This document shows, piece by piece, positions 1 through 10,131 of a stretch of DNA of 64,000 nucleotides. The position numbers were made by a program, and so were the translations under genes. Position 1 is the stretch's first letter, and each line of letters starts with the position of its first letter. Below the pieces are notes generated by a model that was not told where the DNA came from, did no database searches, and saw only the letters and a list, made by a program, of their open reading frames with translations. The DNA comes from Polyangiales bacterium (GTDB lineage Bacteria > Myxococcota_A > Polyangia > Polyangiales > Ga0077539), in NCBI GenBank assembly GCA_044229975.1, contig JBGARZ010000002.1, positions 416,001 to 480,000 on the forward strand, in the 5' to 3' direction.

Positions 1-1
1 G

Positions 2-2746
2 GATGCGGCGTCCGTCGCCATCGTCGCCGCGCTCCAACGCGACCTGCCCCTCATGGCGGCGCTCTGGCCCGACGTTCGACCCGCCGAGCTCCTGCGGTCG
101 CCGCCGCCCGCGGAGGCGTTTCAGGCCCGCTGCGATTTCGCTCGCCGCGCCGTCGACGCCGTCGGTCGTCGCGACGCCGAGTCCCGTGCCCGCGCCGAGG
201 TCGCGCAGCGTCGGCTCGCCGACCAGCTCTCGCTCCTCGGTCGCGGCGGTGCTCCGGTCGCGGCGGCGCTGGTCGAGCTCGAAGCCCTCCAGGCCGGAGA
301 GCTCCTCGACGCCGTGCGGACGCTCTTCCGTGACCAGCGAACGCTCTTCGCCGGTGACGTCGCGCGCGTCGACGCCGCGGCGGTGGAGGTCGGCCTCGCG
401 CCGACGAGAGCGCGAGAGATCCTCGTGGGTGCGGGCTTCACGCTGGAGTCCGTCGAGGCGCGTCCGTGGTCGCCCTTCGCGCAGCTCCCCGGCGCGCCTG
501 CCACCATGGATCAGCTCGCCGCCGCGCTCATGGCCCACCCCGCGCAGGCCATCGAGCTGCTTCGGCAGGGCGCGGTCGTCGAGTGGCTGCGGGCCAACGG
601 CGCGAGCCCCAGCGTCATCGAGCGCTCGCGTGAGGTGCGGCTCGCGGCCGAGCGCGGCGGCTCTCCGCGGCTCGCGCTGCACCTCCAGGTGTGGGCCCTC
701 GGTCGACGTGAGCTGCGCCTCGGGTCGGCGGTGGTTCCGTCGCCGGACTCCGTCGGGTCGATGGTGCGGAGCGGCGCGCTGACCCTCGACGAGCTCGCGG
801 CCGCCGCGCACGAGGGGCTGCTCGCGACGTGGCTGCGCCTGTCCGGCTGGATCGTCGCCGCGGGCGCCGCGGACCTCGTCGCGCGCCATGACCCCAGCGG
901 ACTCAAGCGCCTCGCGTGGTCGCTGGGCGAGCCGCTCTACCTCGGGTCGACGCCGATCACCGACGCGTCGTCGCTCGCGCGCGAGTCGCTCGCCAGTGGC
1001 CCTGCGCGCGAGGCCGTCGCCCCGTTGCTCTCGTCGGGCGACCTCATCGCGTGGATGGAGTCGCTCCCGCCGCCGCGCCGCGACGAGCGCTGGCTCGACG
1101 GGCTGCGACGCGCCCACGACGACCCGGCGCAGCGCGGAGACTCGCTGGCGTTCTGGATCGGGGTGTACGCGCTCACCCGCGCGCCGCTCTTCGAGGTGAT
1201 CGACCGGCGCGGCGTGACCCACGCCTTCAACGGGGTCGCCGCGCTCACCGTGACCCCGCAGCTCGCGGACGCGTGGGACGCCCTCAAGCGCTGCCACCGC
1301 AGCGGCGAGCTGCTCGCGTGGGTCATCACCCAGCGCCCCGAGCTCCCGCTGCCGACGCTCCCGCGGCCGCCGCGCGAAGAAGACGCCGAGCTCAACGAGC
1401 TGCTCTGGGCGCTCGGTCATCGCGGTCTGGTGCTGGAGTGGGGCGAGCGCGACCTCGCCATCACGGCGCCCACCGACCTGGTGCGCGCCTACCGCGACGA
1501 CTGGCGCTCCCTGGAGGCGATGCTCCCGCGGGGCCACGTCTTCGCGTGGATCTCCCGCTTCCACGGCGATCGTGCGCTCGTGCCGCGCGACCACGAGGGA
1601 CCGGGGCTCTCCGTCGCGGAAGCGCTGGAGGCGCTGCGCCTGGAGCTGCCTCGCCTCCCGGCGGGCTTCGCGGCGCTCAAGGTGGCCCTGCTCTGCGGAC
1701 TGCGCGCGCTGCCGACGGACCCGTGTCGCCCCGGCGATGACGCCACCGTCGAAGGCTTCGTCGACGTGACCCTCAAGCCCGACGGCGACACGCGCGCCTG
1801 GGAACCTCTGCGCGCCCATGTTCTCCATGGGTCGGCGCTGCTCTGGGTCGCGCTCGACCCGCGGGTGCGCCGCAGCGTGACCCGCTCGCTGCTCCACGCC
1901 GCCTTCGCCGCCTGGAACCCGGGTGTCAACCAGGTCGAGCACGCCGATCGGGTGATGGCTGGCCTGTCGCGCACCTTCGGTCGGCCGGTGCCTTCGCCCG
2001 CCCTCCAGGCGCGGCTGTCTCTCGTCGCCGACGAGGGTCGCCGCTCCATCGAGATGACCCGGCAGCTCGTCGACGCGCGCCGCGGTCGTCGACGCCTCGC
2101 GGCGCTCGCGATGTTCTTCTTCCTCGCGCTCTGCGGAACGGGCGCGCTCCTGCTGCGACCCGCGGCGGGCGTCGGTGAGCAGAGCCCGGGCGCGACCGAG
2201 GCGCTGGTGCGTCTGCGGGTCGAGGTCACCATCCCGGACGCGCAGCGCGGCCACCCGTGGGACCTCGACGGCAGCGGCCCCGAGCTGCACCTCGCGCTCC
2301 AGACGCGCGACGGACCATTGGAGATCGGACCGTGTCAGGCGGGCCGCGAGTGCGCGCAGACCTTCGACAACGTGCGCCTCGCCGCCAACACGCCGCTCCA
2401 GGTGGTGCTCGACGAGGATGACGTCGTGCGGCGCGAGCTCGTCGGCCGCACATGGCTGCGATGGCTGGGCGGTCGCGAGGAGACGCTCCGCAGCACCATC
2501 GGTCCGTGCGTGGTGCGCGTGGAGGTGAAGCGGGTGCTCCAGCTCCCCTCGCCGATCGCTCCGACCCCGACGGCGACCGCCACCACCACGCCTGCCCCGA
2601 CCCGGACCCCACGCGTCGACGCGGGCGCCTCTCCCGCGCGACCCGCCACGACCCGGCGCCCGCGCCCTTCGCGACGCGCGGCCGACGCGGGTGCGGCGAC
2701 CGAGGGGCTCCTCCCGACGCTGCAACGCGAGATCCTCTCGCCATGA
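2..2746 (+). CDS. 5'-truncated membrane-anchored protein: about 6 degenerate helical repeats, one TM helix, C2-like C-terminal domain, Pro/Thr-rich tail
   Basis: The frame of the ORF at 53 is open back to base 2 (DAASVAIVAALQRDLPLM...). Recurrent GxLxxW / LxWxLG units; hydrophobic LAALAMFFFLALCGTGALLL; WDLDGSGPE...VVLDEDD...LVG resembles a C2 Ca-binding pattern. Confidence 0.75.
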   Translation, partial: DAASVAIVAALQRDLPLMAALWPDVRPAELLRSPPPAEAFQARCDFARRAVDAVGRRDAESRARAEVAQRRLADQLSLLGRGGAPVAAALVELEALQAGELLDAVRTLFRDQRTLFAGDVARVDAAAVEVGLAPTRAREILVGAGFTLESVEARPWSPFAQLPGAPATMDQLAAALMAHPAQAIELLRQGAVVEWLRANGASPSVIERSREVRLAAERGGSPRLALHLQVWALGRRELRLGSAVVPSPDSVGSMVRSGALTLDELAAAAHEGLLATWLRLSGWIVAAGAADLVARHDPSGLKRLAWSLGEPLYLGSTPITDASSLARESLASGPAREAVAPLLSSGDLIAWMESLPPPRRDERWLDGLRRAHDDPAQRGDSLAFWIGVYALTRAPLFEVIDRRGVTHAFNGVAALTVTPQLADAWDALKRCHRSGELLAWVITQRPELPLPTLPRPPREEDAELNELLWALGHRGLVLEWGERDLAITAPTDLVRAYRDDWRSLEAMLPRGHVFAWISRFHGDRALVPRDHEGPGLSVAEALEALRLELPRLPAGFAALKVALLCGLRALPTDPCRPGDDATVEGFVDVTLKPDGDTRAWEPLRAHVLHGSALLWVALDPRVRRSVTRSLLHAAFAAWNPGVNQVEHADRVMAGLSRTFGRPVPSPALQARLSLVADEGRRSIEMTRQLVDARRGRRRLAALAMFFFLALCGTGALLLRPAAGVGEQSPGATEALVRLRVEVTIPDAQRGHPWDLDGSGPELHLALQTRDGPLEIGPCQAGRECAQTFDNVRLAANTPLQVVLDEDDVVRRELVGRTWLRWLGGREETLRSTIGPCVVRVEVKRVLQLPSPIAPTPTATATTTPAPTRTPRVDAGASPARPATTRRPRPSRRAADAGAATEGLLPTLQREILSP

Positions 2747-2805
2747 ACCCGGCGTGTCCCTCGCGCACCGCCCCGTTGTAACCTCCGCCCCCGGTACCCC
2801 CAACG

Positions 2806-3522
2806 ATGTCTGGACGACCCCGCACTCTCGCCGTCGCCACGGCGCGCACCCTGGCGATCAGCTTCCCCACGGTCCTCGACCAGCTCCTCGGGCGCACCAG
2901 CATGGACGCGTGCGATGCCCGTCTGAAGCGCTGGTCGCGCGCGCTCCTCGACGACGTCGGCATCCAGGTCTCGGTGCGCGGCGCGGACAACCTCCAGCCG
3001 CGCGCCCCCATGGTGGTGATGTCCAACCACCAGTCGCTCTACGACATCCCGGTGATCTTCCAGGTCGTCGAGCAGCGCCTCCGCATGGTGTCGAAGATCG
3101 AGCTCGCGTCGGTGCCGGTGTGGGGCGCCGCCATGCGCGCGTCGGGCTTCATCTTCATCGACCGCCGCGACCGCGAGGCCGCCATCCGCAGCCTGCGCGA
3201 GGCGCGCCAGATGCTCGACGAGGGCGTGCTCGTCTGGATCGCCCCCGAAGGCACCCGCAGCCGCGACGGCGCGCTCGGCGCCTTCAAGAAGGGCGGCTTC
3301 GTGCTCGCGGAGGAGATGGGCGTCCCGGTGCTACCCATCTCCATCGACGGCACGGCGGCCATCCTCCCGGCGCGCACCTGGGATCTCCAACGTGACCGCC
3401 CCGTGCGCGTCACCGTCCACCCCCGGATGAGCCGCGAGTCGTACGCGTCACGCGAGGCCTTCATGACCGCCGTGCGCGACGTCATCGCCTCCGGCCTCGG
3501 TCCCCAACCCTCGGGCGGATGA
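2806..3522 (+). CDS. plsC: 1-acyl-sn-glycerol-3-phosphate acyltransferase (lysophospholipid acyltransferase family)
   Basis: NHQSLYD (NHx4D) and PEGTRS motifs; FIFIDR block; FKKGGF. Confidence 0.92.
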   Translation: MSGRPRTLAVATARTLAISFPTVLDQLLGRTSMDACDARLKRWSRALLDDVGIQVSVRGADNLQPRAPMVVMSNHQSLYDIPVIFQVVEQRLRMVSKIELASVPVWGAAMRASGFIFIDRRDREAAIRSLREARQMLDEGVLVWIAPEGTRSRDGALGAFKKGGFVLAEEMGVPVLPISIDGTAAILPARTWDLQRDRPVRVTVHPRMSRESYASREAFMTAVRDVIASGLGPQPSGG

Positions 3523-6500
3523 GCGCTTCGGCGCCGTTCACGCCCGCCCGCGAGGAGGCGCGCGTCGACGCCCTCCTCGCCACCGCCCGCACCCGCGGCC
3601 TCGACGGACCGCTCTGGCTGCTCTGCCCGCACGAGGCCCGCCGCGGCGCGCTCCTCGACCGGCTCGCGCGCGCGGGCGGCGGCTGGATCCAGCCGCTCGA
3701 CTGGCACGGCCTCCTCGACCTGCTGGAGCTACGCCTCGGCCTCGCCTCGCGTGCTCGCCTCGCCCCCGTCGACCGGGTGCTCGCCGTCGAGTCCGCGCTG
3801 GAGCTCGCCGCCGTTCGCGACCCCGCGCTCGCCGCGGCGCTTCGCGGCAACGCGCTCGCCGTCGCCCACGCCGTCGCCGACGTCGTCGACACGCTGCGCC
3901 TGCACGGTTGGGACGGCGCGCTCCCGACCGCTCCCGATCGCGGCGCCGCGCGCGTGGCGCTGGCCCACCTCGACGTGTTGAGCCGCGTGACCCGCGCCCT
4001 CGAAGCACACCTCGACGCCGACGGCTCGACCGACCTCCCCCGTCGCCTCGCCGCCCTGGCCGACGTCGCGCCGCGGTCGGTGCTGCGGGGCGTCGTGCTC
4101 TGGGTCGAGGGCGTCGATCACCTCACGCCTCGCGAGCGTCGCGCGCTCGACCTCGCCGCGTCGTGCGGCGCCGCCGTCTCGCTGCCGCCGTGGATCACCA
4201 CGCCCGAACACCCGCCCGACCCATCGAGCGTCGCACCGTCGCTGCTGGAGGCCCTCCGCCATGGCGCCGCACGCTGTGCTGCGGACGACGGCGCGCTCGC
4301 CTGGCACTGCCCCGCCGACCCGCAGGACGAGGCCGAGACGGTCGCGTCGATCATCGAGGCGCACCTCGCGAGCGGCGGTCGTCCCGAAGATGTGGCCGTC
4401 GTGTGCGGAGCAGAGAGCGGCGCATGGCCTCGCGTCGCACGCGCCCTCGACCGCTGGGACATCCCCTGGAACGGCAGCGGCTCCCTCCCGGTGCAACAGA
4501 CACCCTTGTGGCAGATCGTTCGCGCCTCGCTCCGCCTCGCCTGGAACGGCCCCGACGCCATCGACCTCGCCACCGTGCTCACGGCTCCGGGCTCCGGGAT
4601 CTTCGGCACCGAGCGCGACTACTTCCTGTCGCAGCTCCGCCGAAAGCCTCCTTCGACCTGGGTCGAGGTCCGCGAGCTTCTGGCCGGGTCCACCGCCGTC
4701 GACGAGGCCATCGCGGCGTCCGACGCCGCCGAGGTCGCGACGCGACGCTCGCGCGGGGACCAGATCCGCAAGCGCGTGGGCGCCCTGCTCTCCGCGTGGG
4801 AAGACGCCGGTCCCCTCCAGCGCCACTCGGCCGACCAACGCGCCGATGCGCTCCCCGCGGTCTTCGATCGCGCGGTCACCCCGCTGCTCGACGCCGAGGC
4901 CATCGCCCGCTCGGTGCGCGACCCCCGCGCCCAGGCCGCCTGGATCGCCGCGGCCGACGCCATCCGCCCCGCGATGGACCTCGTTCGGCGCCGCCTCGCG
5001 AGCGCGCCCCATCGCGCGCGCCGCCTCTTCGACGTCGAGCGCCTGCTGACCGATCTCGAAGCGTCGTTCGTGGTGTTGCGCGACGGCGCCCCGTCCCCCC
5101 GTCGGGACGGTGTCGCCCTCGTTGGCGAGGACGCCTGGCGCTGCGACCACCCCGCCGTGCTCCTCGTCACAAGCTTCGTCCGCGGGCGCTACCCCAAGGC
5201 CCCTGCGCCCCCCTTGCTCCTCGGTGCCGCCGAGCGCGCCCTCCTGGCGACGCTCTCCGCCGACCTCGCCGCGCTGCCCGACGAGGAGACCCTCCACGCG
5301 CTCGCCCGCCGCGCCACGTTGCGTGTGCTCTCGTCGCCCCGTCGTCGCCTCGTCCTGCTCTCGCCGCGACGCTCGGCCGATGGCCACCGCGCCGAGCCCG
5401 CGCTCGCGTTGCGCGACCTCCTCGACCGCCTCCCACCCGCCGCCCTCGTCGCGCCGCCCGCGCTCGCGCACCACGCTCCCCGCGCCCGCGCGGCCGAGGC
5501 CATCCGGCGCCTGGGCCGCGGTGACGTCGCGACGGCCGTCGCCACCGCCGCCGATCTCGCCCGCGCCGACCTCGCTTGGCGCGACCTCTTTGCTGCGCGC
5601 TTTCTGCCCGACACCGCCTTCGAGGTCGGCGACGTCGCCAAGGCCCTGCTGCGCGCTCTCCCGCACGACGCCAACGACCTGGAGTCCCTCCTCGGCTGCC
5701 ACTACCGCTACCTCGTGACGTCCCTGCTCGACCTGCGCGCCGCGCCGCTGCAGCGTGAAGCCCGCCTCCACGAGTCGGTGCGCCATGCGATCAGCCGCGA
5801 CCTCATCGCCCGCCTCGATGCCGCGCTCGCCACCACCGCAACGCTCTCCCCCGCGGCCATCGAAGGCGCCATCGACGAGTCGGTGCAACAACGCGCTCCC
5901 TGGTCTGGCCGCGCCGACCTGCGAGACGACCGTCGCCGCCTCCTCGAAGACACCCGCGACCTCGCGGCGCACTACCTGGAGATCCGGCGTGCGCTCGGCT
6001 CGGTGGCTTCGCAGATCGCGCCCGAGACGCCCGAGGCGCGGCCCCTCCTGTCGCTACCCGATGGGTCACCGGTGATGGTCCGGATGCCCGCCGCGACGAC
6101 GCTGCGTGTGACGGCTCCGGGCGGTGAGACGGTGCCGGTGCTGGTGCAGCTCACGCGGCAACGGGCGACCTCCCTCGCCTCCCGACGCGACGTCGGCCTC
6201 GACGTCGAGGCTGCACTCCTCTCGCAGCTCCCGACCGAGGGCGCCGGGGTCGTGCTGCGGATGAACCTCGGTCGTCACGCGGTCGACGGCATGGTCGCCG
6301 AGGGATCACCCGCGGCCACCGCTGCCCTCGAATCGATGGTCACCTCCACGGGTCGCAGCGACTGGGTCACCACCGCCCAGCTCACCCTCGACGACCACGT
6401 CGCGGCCACCACCGCGCGCATCACCGAAGCCCTCGCCGTCGTCGACGCCCCGGGCGGAACCTTCGCCCCCCTCGATCGCCACCGCGCCGAGAGCCTCGAC

Positions 6501-6578
6501 CGCGTTGGCGCGCTTCCGTGCAGCCGTTGTGAAGCGCGCCTCGGCTGCCGTGTCGGGCTCCCGGGTGGTGTTCGGTGA
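3519..6578 (+). CDS. addB: AddB/RexB-like subunit (inactive helicase fold plus Cys-stapled, apparently degenerate nuclease domain)
   Basis: ATGA overlap with plsC and GTGA overlap with addA. DPQDEAETVASII...DVAVV helicase-like segment; LESLLGCHYRY and PCSRCEARLGC give the C...CxxCx5C Fe-S staple; no Walker A. Confidence 0.75.
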   Translation: MSASAPFTPAREEARVDALLATARTRGLDGPLWLLCPHEARRGALLDRLARAGGGWIQPLDWHGLLDLLELRLGLASRARLAPVDRVLAVESALELAAVRDPALAAALRGNALAVAHAVADVVDTLRLHGWDGALPTAPDRGAARVALAHLDVLSRVTRALEAHLDADGSTDLPRRLAALADVAPRSVLRGVVLWVEGVDHLTPRERRALDLAASCGAAVSLPPWITTPEHPPDPSSVAPSLLEALRHGAARCAADDGALAWHCPADPQDEAETVASIIEAHLASGGRPEDVAVVCGAESGAWPRVARALDRWDIPWNGSGSLPVQQTPLWQIVRASLRLAWNGPDAIDLATVLTAPGSGIFGTERDYFLSQLRRKPPSTWVEVRELLAGSTAVDEAIAASDAAEVATRRSRGDQIRKRVGALLSAWEDAGPLQRHSADQRADALPAVFDRAVTPLLDAEAIARSVRDPRAQAAWIAAADAIRPAMDLVRRRLASAPHRARRLFDVERLLTDLEASFVVLRDGAPSPRRDGVALVGEDAWRCDHPAVLLVTSFVRGRYPKAPAPPLLLGAAERALLATLSADLAALPDEETLHALARRATLRVLSSPRRRLVLLSPRRSADGHRAEPALALRDLLDRLPPAALVAPPALAHHAPRARAAEAIRRLGRGDVATAVATAADLARADLAWRDLFAARFLPDTAFEVGDVAKALLRALPHDANDLESLLGCHYRYLVTSLLDLRAAPLQREARLHESVRHAISRDLIARLDAALATTATLSPAAIEGAIDESVQQRAPWSGRADLRDDRRRLLEDTRDLAAHYLEIRRALGSVASQIAPETPEARPLLSLPDGSPVMVRMPAATTLRVTAPGGETVPVLVQLTRQRATSLASRRDVGLDVEAALLSQLPTEGAGVVLRMNLGRHAVDGMVAEGSPAATAALESMVTSTGRSDWVTTAQLTLDDHVAATTARITEALAVVDAPGGTFAPLDRHRAESLDRVGALPCSRCEARLGCRVGLPGGVR

Positions 6579-9500
6579 GCACCCTTCGCCTCGTCTCCGC
6601 GGGCGCCGGGAGCGGCAAGACCTGGCGCATCGTCGAAGAGCTCGTCGACCGCGTGGCGGGTGGCGTCTCCCTCGACCGCATCGCCGCCGTGACCTTCACC
6701 GAAGCCGCCGCGAGTGAGCTGCAGGAGCGCCTGCGCGCGGGCCTCCAACGTCGCGGTCTCACCGCCGAGGCCGCTGGCGTCGAGCGCGCCAACGTCTGCA
6801 CCATCCACCGCTTCGCCCTCACGCTCCTGCGCCGCTATCCCCTCCCGGCGGCGCTTCCGCCCGACCCCATGGTGCTGGAGCAGGACGAGGCCCGCGCGCT
6901 CTTCCGCCGCTCGCTCCAGTCGGTGCTGCGGGGCGCCGAGCTCGCCATCGACGACGACCTCGCGCAGCTCGTGGAGGCGCTCGTCGAGAAGGCCCGCTCG
7001 CTCGGCATGGGGGCCGATGAGCTCGCGCGCCAGGCGCCCGCCGCCGTCGCGTGTGTCACCGACGTCCTCCCGCCATCGGCCGACGCCGACGCGACCGACG
7101 CGGACTTCCGCCGCGCCCTCGATGCCGCCTTCGCGTGGCTCGACGCGGGCGCCAAACCCCGCAGCACCGACGAGGGCATCCGCCGGGAGCTCCGCTCGTT
7201 GCGACGCGACGGGCCGACCTTCGCCCTCGACGCCGCGCAGCGTGTCCTCCGCGCACCCGCCCCGAGCAAGACCTTCGCGAAAGAACTCCCCGCGCTCCTC
7301 CCCGCCGCCCACGCCATGGCGCTGCGACACCCCGCCGCGCGCGACCGCATCGCGTCCATCGTGGAGGAGGCGTTTCAGCTCGCGGTCGATGCCCTGCGCG
7401 AGTACGCCGAGAGCCGTCACCGTCTCGGGGCGCTGGACTTCGAGGAGATGCAGCTCCGCGCGGTGCAGCTCCTCACCGGCGACGGCCGCGACGACCGCTA
7501 CGCCCGCGCGGTGGCCGCCGAGCTCCCCTACGTGGTGGTGGACGAGTTCCAGGATTCGAGCCCGTTGCAGTTTCGCCTCTTCGAGGTGCTGCGCGCCGCG
7601 GGCACCGAGGTCTGCTATGTCGGCGATCTCAAGCAGGCCATCTACGGCTTCCGCGGCGCCGACTCGTCGCTCTTCAGCGCGCTGCTCTCGCGCGCCTCGG
7701 CCGTCGGCCCCGCCCCCGAGGTGCTCGACCGCTCGCGCCGCTCGCGCCCCGAGCTCGTGCGCTTCGCCAACGCGCTCTTCTCCGTCGCGCTCCCCGCGGT
7801 GGGCGTCCCCTTCGACGCGCTCACCGCCGACAACGACTACACCCGCCTCGGCCTCGCGGAGAGCGCCGATGCCGTCGAGATCCTTCGCGTCCCGGCCAGC
7901 ACGCGCAGCGGTCCCCGCATCGAGCTCGGCGCCCGACGCATCCGCGCGCTGCTCGACTCCGACCTCACCGTGCTCGACCGCGTCACCCGCGCGCCGCGTC
8001 GCGTTCGCCCCGGCGACGTCGCCGTGCTCGGCCGCCAGCGAAGCCAGCTCGGTCAGTGGGCCGACGCGCTACGAACGCTCGGCCTCGCCGTCCACCAGGA
8101 GTCCGACGGCCTCTTCGAGACGTTGGAGGTGCGGCTCACCCGCGCGTGGCTCTCCATGCTCGCGTCGCCGCGCGACCGCTCCGCCGCCGCCATGGTGCTG
8201 CTCTCCGAGCTGTATGGTCTGCGCCAGTCCACCGTCGCCGCGCTCTCCGTGGAGAAGGTCAGCGGATCGCCCCGCCGCGCGCTCGAACTCGCCGCCTCCG
8301 CTCCCGCTCGCCTCACGCTCGTCCCCTTCGAGGAGCGCGCCCTCCAGCGCTGCGACGCCGACCTCCGCGCCTGCCGCGACGCCCTCCGCTCGCTCCCGCT
8401 CGGCGAGGCCGTCGAGGCCGCCGTCGAGCGCGTCGCCCTCGTCGATCGCCTGTCGCTGCGCTGCGACCCCGCCGAGGCCGCCCAGCTCCGCGCCAACGTC
8501 GGCTGGATCATCGCCGAGGCCCACACCCTGTCGGGTCGGCGCGACCACGCGCTCTCCCTTGGCGAGGCCACCGGCGCCACGCTCGAAAACCTCCTGCATC
8601 ACCTCCAGGCGCGATCGTTCGAGCGGCTGCGGCAGCCCGTCGCCCCGCACGACGACGTCGACGCCGTGCGCCTCATGACCCTCCACGGCGCCAAGGGCCT
8701 GGAGTTTCCGGTGGTGCTCGTCGACCTGCTGCACGCCGAGCTCAGGGTGCGCTCCCCCCGCGTCGATGTCGTCCGCCCCGCCGACCTTCTCGCCCCCGAC
8801 GCGCTCCGACACTTTACCCTGCGATGTATCCCCGACACGGGCCTTCCCCCCGTCGATGCGCTCCTGCGCGAGCGCCTTGGCGACCTCGACGAGGAGCTAC
8901 GCGAGGCGCTGCGCCTGCTCTACGTCGGCGTCACCCGGGCGCGTGACCACCTGCTCATCACCTGGCCCTCGGCCGCTCCCAGCAGCACCCGCTTCCTCCT
9001 GCGCGACGCGCTCGCCCGCTCGTTGCCCGAGCTCCCCGCCGCCTCCCCCGACGGCGGCGCCGCGTCGTGGCTCGACGTCCCCGTGCGCGTCTTCGCCGCC
9101 GACGATCGTCCCGCGCCCGTCGCCGCGCCCGCCGTCGCGTCCGTTGATCTCACGCCGTGGCGCGCGCTGGTCGACGACCCTTCGCCCGGCGATGCCCCGC
9201 CGCCACCGCGCACCACCGTCCCGAAACTCGCGCGGGTCACCCCGACGGACCTCTGCAAGGTCGCCGACTGCCCCGAGGTGATGGGCCTCGGCCGCGTCTT
9301 CCACAACGAGCACCTCATGGCCCGCAACGAGGACGTCGACGTCCTCCGCATCGGCGTCCCCAACGCGTATGCCTCGCGGCTCGCGGTGGGCCGCGACGAC
9401 GTCGCTCCCTCCCGCGTGGGTGAGCTCGTCCACGCCGCGGTGAGCCGCGCGGGCCTCCTGGCGCCGAGCGCCTACGACGTCACCGACGAACAGCTCGCCG

Positions 9501-10036
9501 ACGCCGTGCTCACCCAGCACGGCCAGGTCGAGCACCGCGCGGCGCTCACCCTCCTCATCGTCGACACGCTCGTGAGCCTGCGCGCCTGCGTCAACCTGCT
9601 GCGCGCCGTGGCCGAGCCCGCGCGCGAGATTCCCTTCGTGCTCGACCTCCGCGGAACCACCCTCCACGGCATCGTCGACCTCGTGGTGCGCGCCTCCGAC
9701 GGCCTCCACGTCATCGACCTCAAGACCCACCCCCTCCGCAGCCAGGACCTCGCGCGCTGGGCCGGCTACTACCGCCCGCAGCTCGACGCCTACGCCCTCG
9801 CGCTGCACCGCCTCAGCGGGATGCCCGTGCGCGGTCGACACCTCGCCGTCCCCGCCGCGGGCATGCTGCTCACGCTCACCGATCCGTTCTCGCCCGACGA
9901 GACCTACGTCGAGCTCGCCAACCTCGCCGACCGCATCGCGCGCGGCGACCGCGGCCCCGCCCGCGACTGCAATCGCTGCGGCTGGAAGGCCCACTGCGCC
10001 ACCGGGCACCGACACCTCCGCACCGCCGGCGGCTGA
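6575..10036 (+). CDS. addA: AddA/UvrD-family SF1 helicase with C-terminal PD-(D/E)xK nuclease
   Basis: SAGAGSGKT, VTFTEAAA, TIHRF, VDEFQD, VGDLKQAIYGFRGAD, MTLHGAKGLEF, LYVGVTRA; nuclease GELVH, EIPF, GIVDL, IDLKT, QLDAY. GTG start. Confidence 0.92.
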   Translation: MSTLRLVSAGAGSGKTWRIVEELVDRVAGGVSLDRIAAVTFTEAAASELQERLRAGLQRRGLTAEAAGVERANVCTIHRFALTLLRRYPLPAALPPDPMVLEQDEARALFRRSLQSVLRGAELAIDDDLAQLVEALVEKARSLGMGADELARQAPAAVACVTDVLPPSADADATDADFRRALDAAFAWLDAGAKPRSTDEGIRRELRSLRRDGPTFALDAAQRVLRAPAPSKTFAKELPALLPAAHAMALRHPAARDRIASIVEEAFQLAVDALREYAESRHRLGALDFEEMQLRAVQLLTGDGRDDRYARAVAAELPYVVVDEFQDSSPLQFRLFEVLRAAGTEVCYVGDLKQAIYGFRGADSSLFSALLSRASAVGPAPEVLDRSRRSRPELVRFANALFSVALPAVGVPFDALTADNDYTRLGLAESADAVEILRVPASTRSGPRIELGARRIRALLDSDLTVLDRVTRAPRRVRPGDVAVLGRQRSQLGQWADALRTLGLAVHQESDGLFETLEVRLTRAWLSMLASPRDRSAAAMVLLSELYGLRQSTVAALSVEKVSGSPRRALELAASAPARLTLVPFEERALQRCDADLRACRDALRSLPLGEAVEAAVERVALVDRLSLRCDPAEAAQLRANVGWIIAEAHTLSGRRDHALSLGEATGATLENLLHHLQARSFERLRQPVAPHDDVDAVRLMTLHGAKGLEFPVVLVDLLHAELRVRSPRVDVVRPADLLAPDALRHFTLRCIPDTGLPPVDALLRERLGDLDEELREALRLLYVGVTRARDHLLITWPSAAPSSTRFLLRDALARSLPELPAASPDGGAASWLDVPVRVFAADDRPAPVAAPAVASVDLTPWRALVDDPSPGDAPPPPRTTVPKLARVTPTDLCKVADCPEVMGLGRVFHNEHLMARNEDVDVLRIGVPNAYASRLAVGRDDVAPSRVGELVHAAVSRAGLLAPSAYDVTDEQLADAVLTQHGQVEHRAALTLLIVDTLVSLRACVNLLRAVAEPAREIPFVLDLRGTTLHGIVDLVVRASDGLHVIDLKTHPLRSQDLARWAGYYRPQLDAYALALHRLSGMPVRGRHLAVPAAGMLLTLTDPFSPDETYVELANLADRIARGDRGPARDCNRCGWKAHCATGHRHLRTAGG

Positions 10037-10040
10037 CCGC

Positions 10041-10080
10041 GCTGTCGGCTCGTCGCGACAGATGTTCGCCCACCCCGACA
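10041..10080. promoter_or_regulatory. Tandem GlrR-type activator boxes upstream of the SulP gene
   Basis: TGTC-N10-GACA at 10043-10060 (arms extend to CTGTCG/CGACAG) and TGTT-N10-GACA at 10063-10080. Confidence 0.75.
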
Positions 10081-10131
10081 CGACCGATCGACTGACGATC
10101 GTTCGGACAGGTCCGTTCGATCGGTTGGGCT

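Noticed and set aside
6575..10036. Helicase plus Cas4-like nuclease as a CRISPR or defence component
   Set aside because: Pairing with an AddB-like gene in a housekeeping context is better explained by recombinational repair.
10092..10109. A third GlrR-type box upstream of sulP
   Set aside because: GACA at 10106-10109 has no correctly spaced TGTC half-site.
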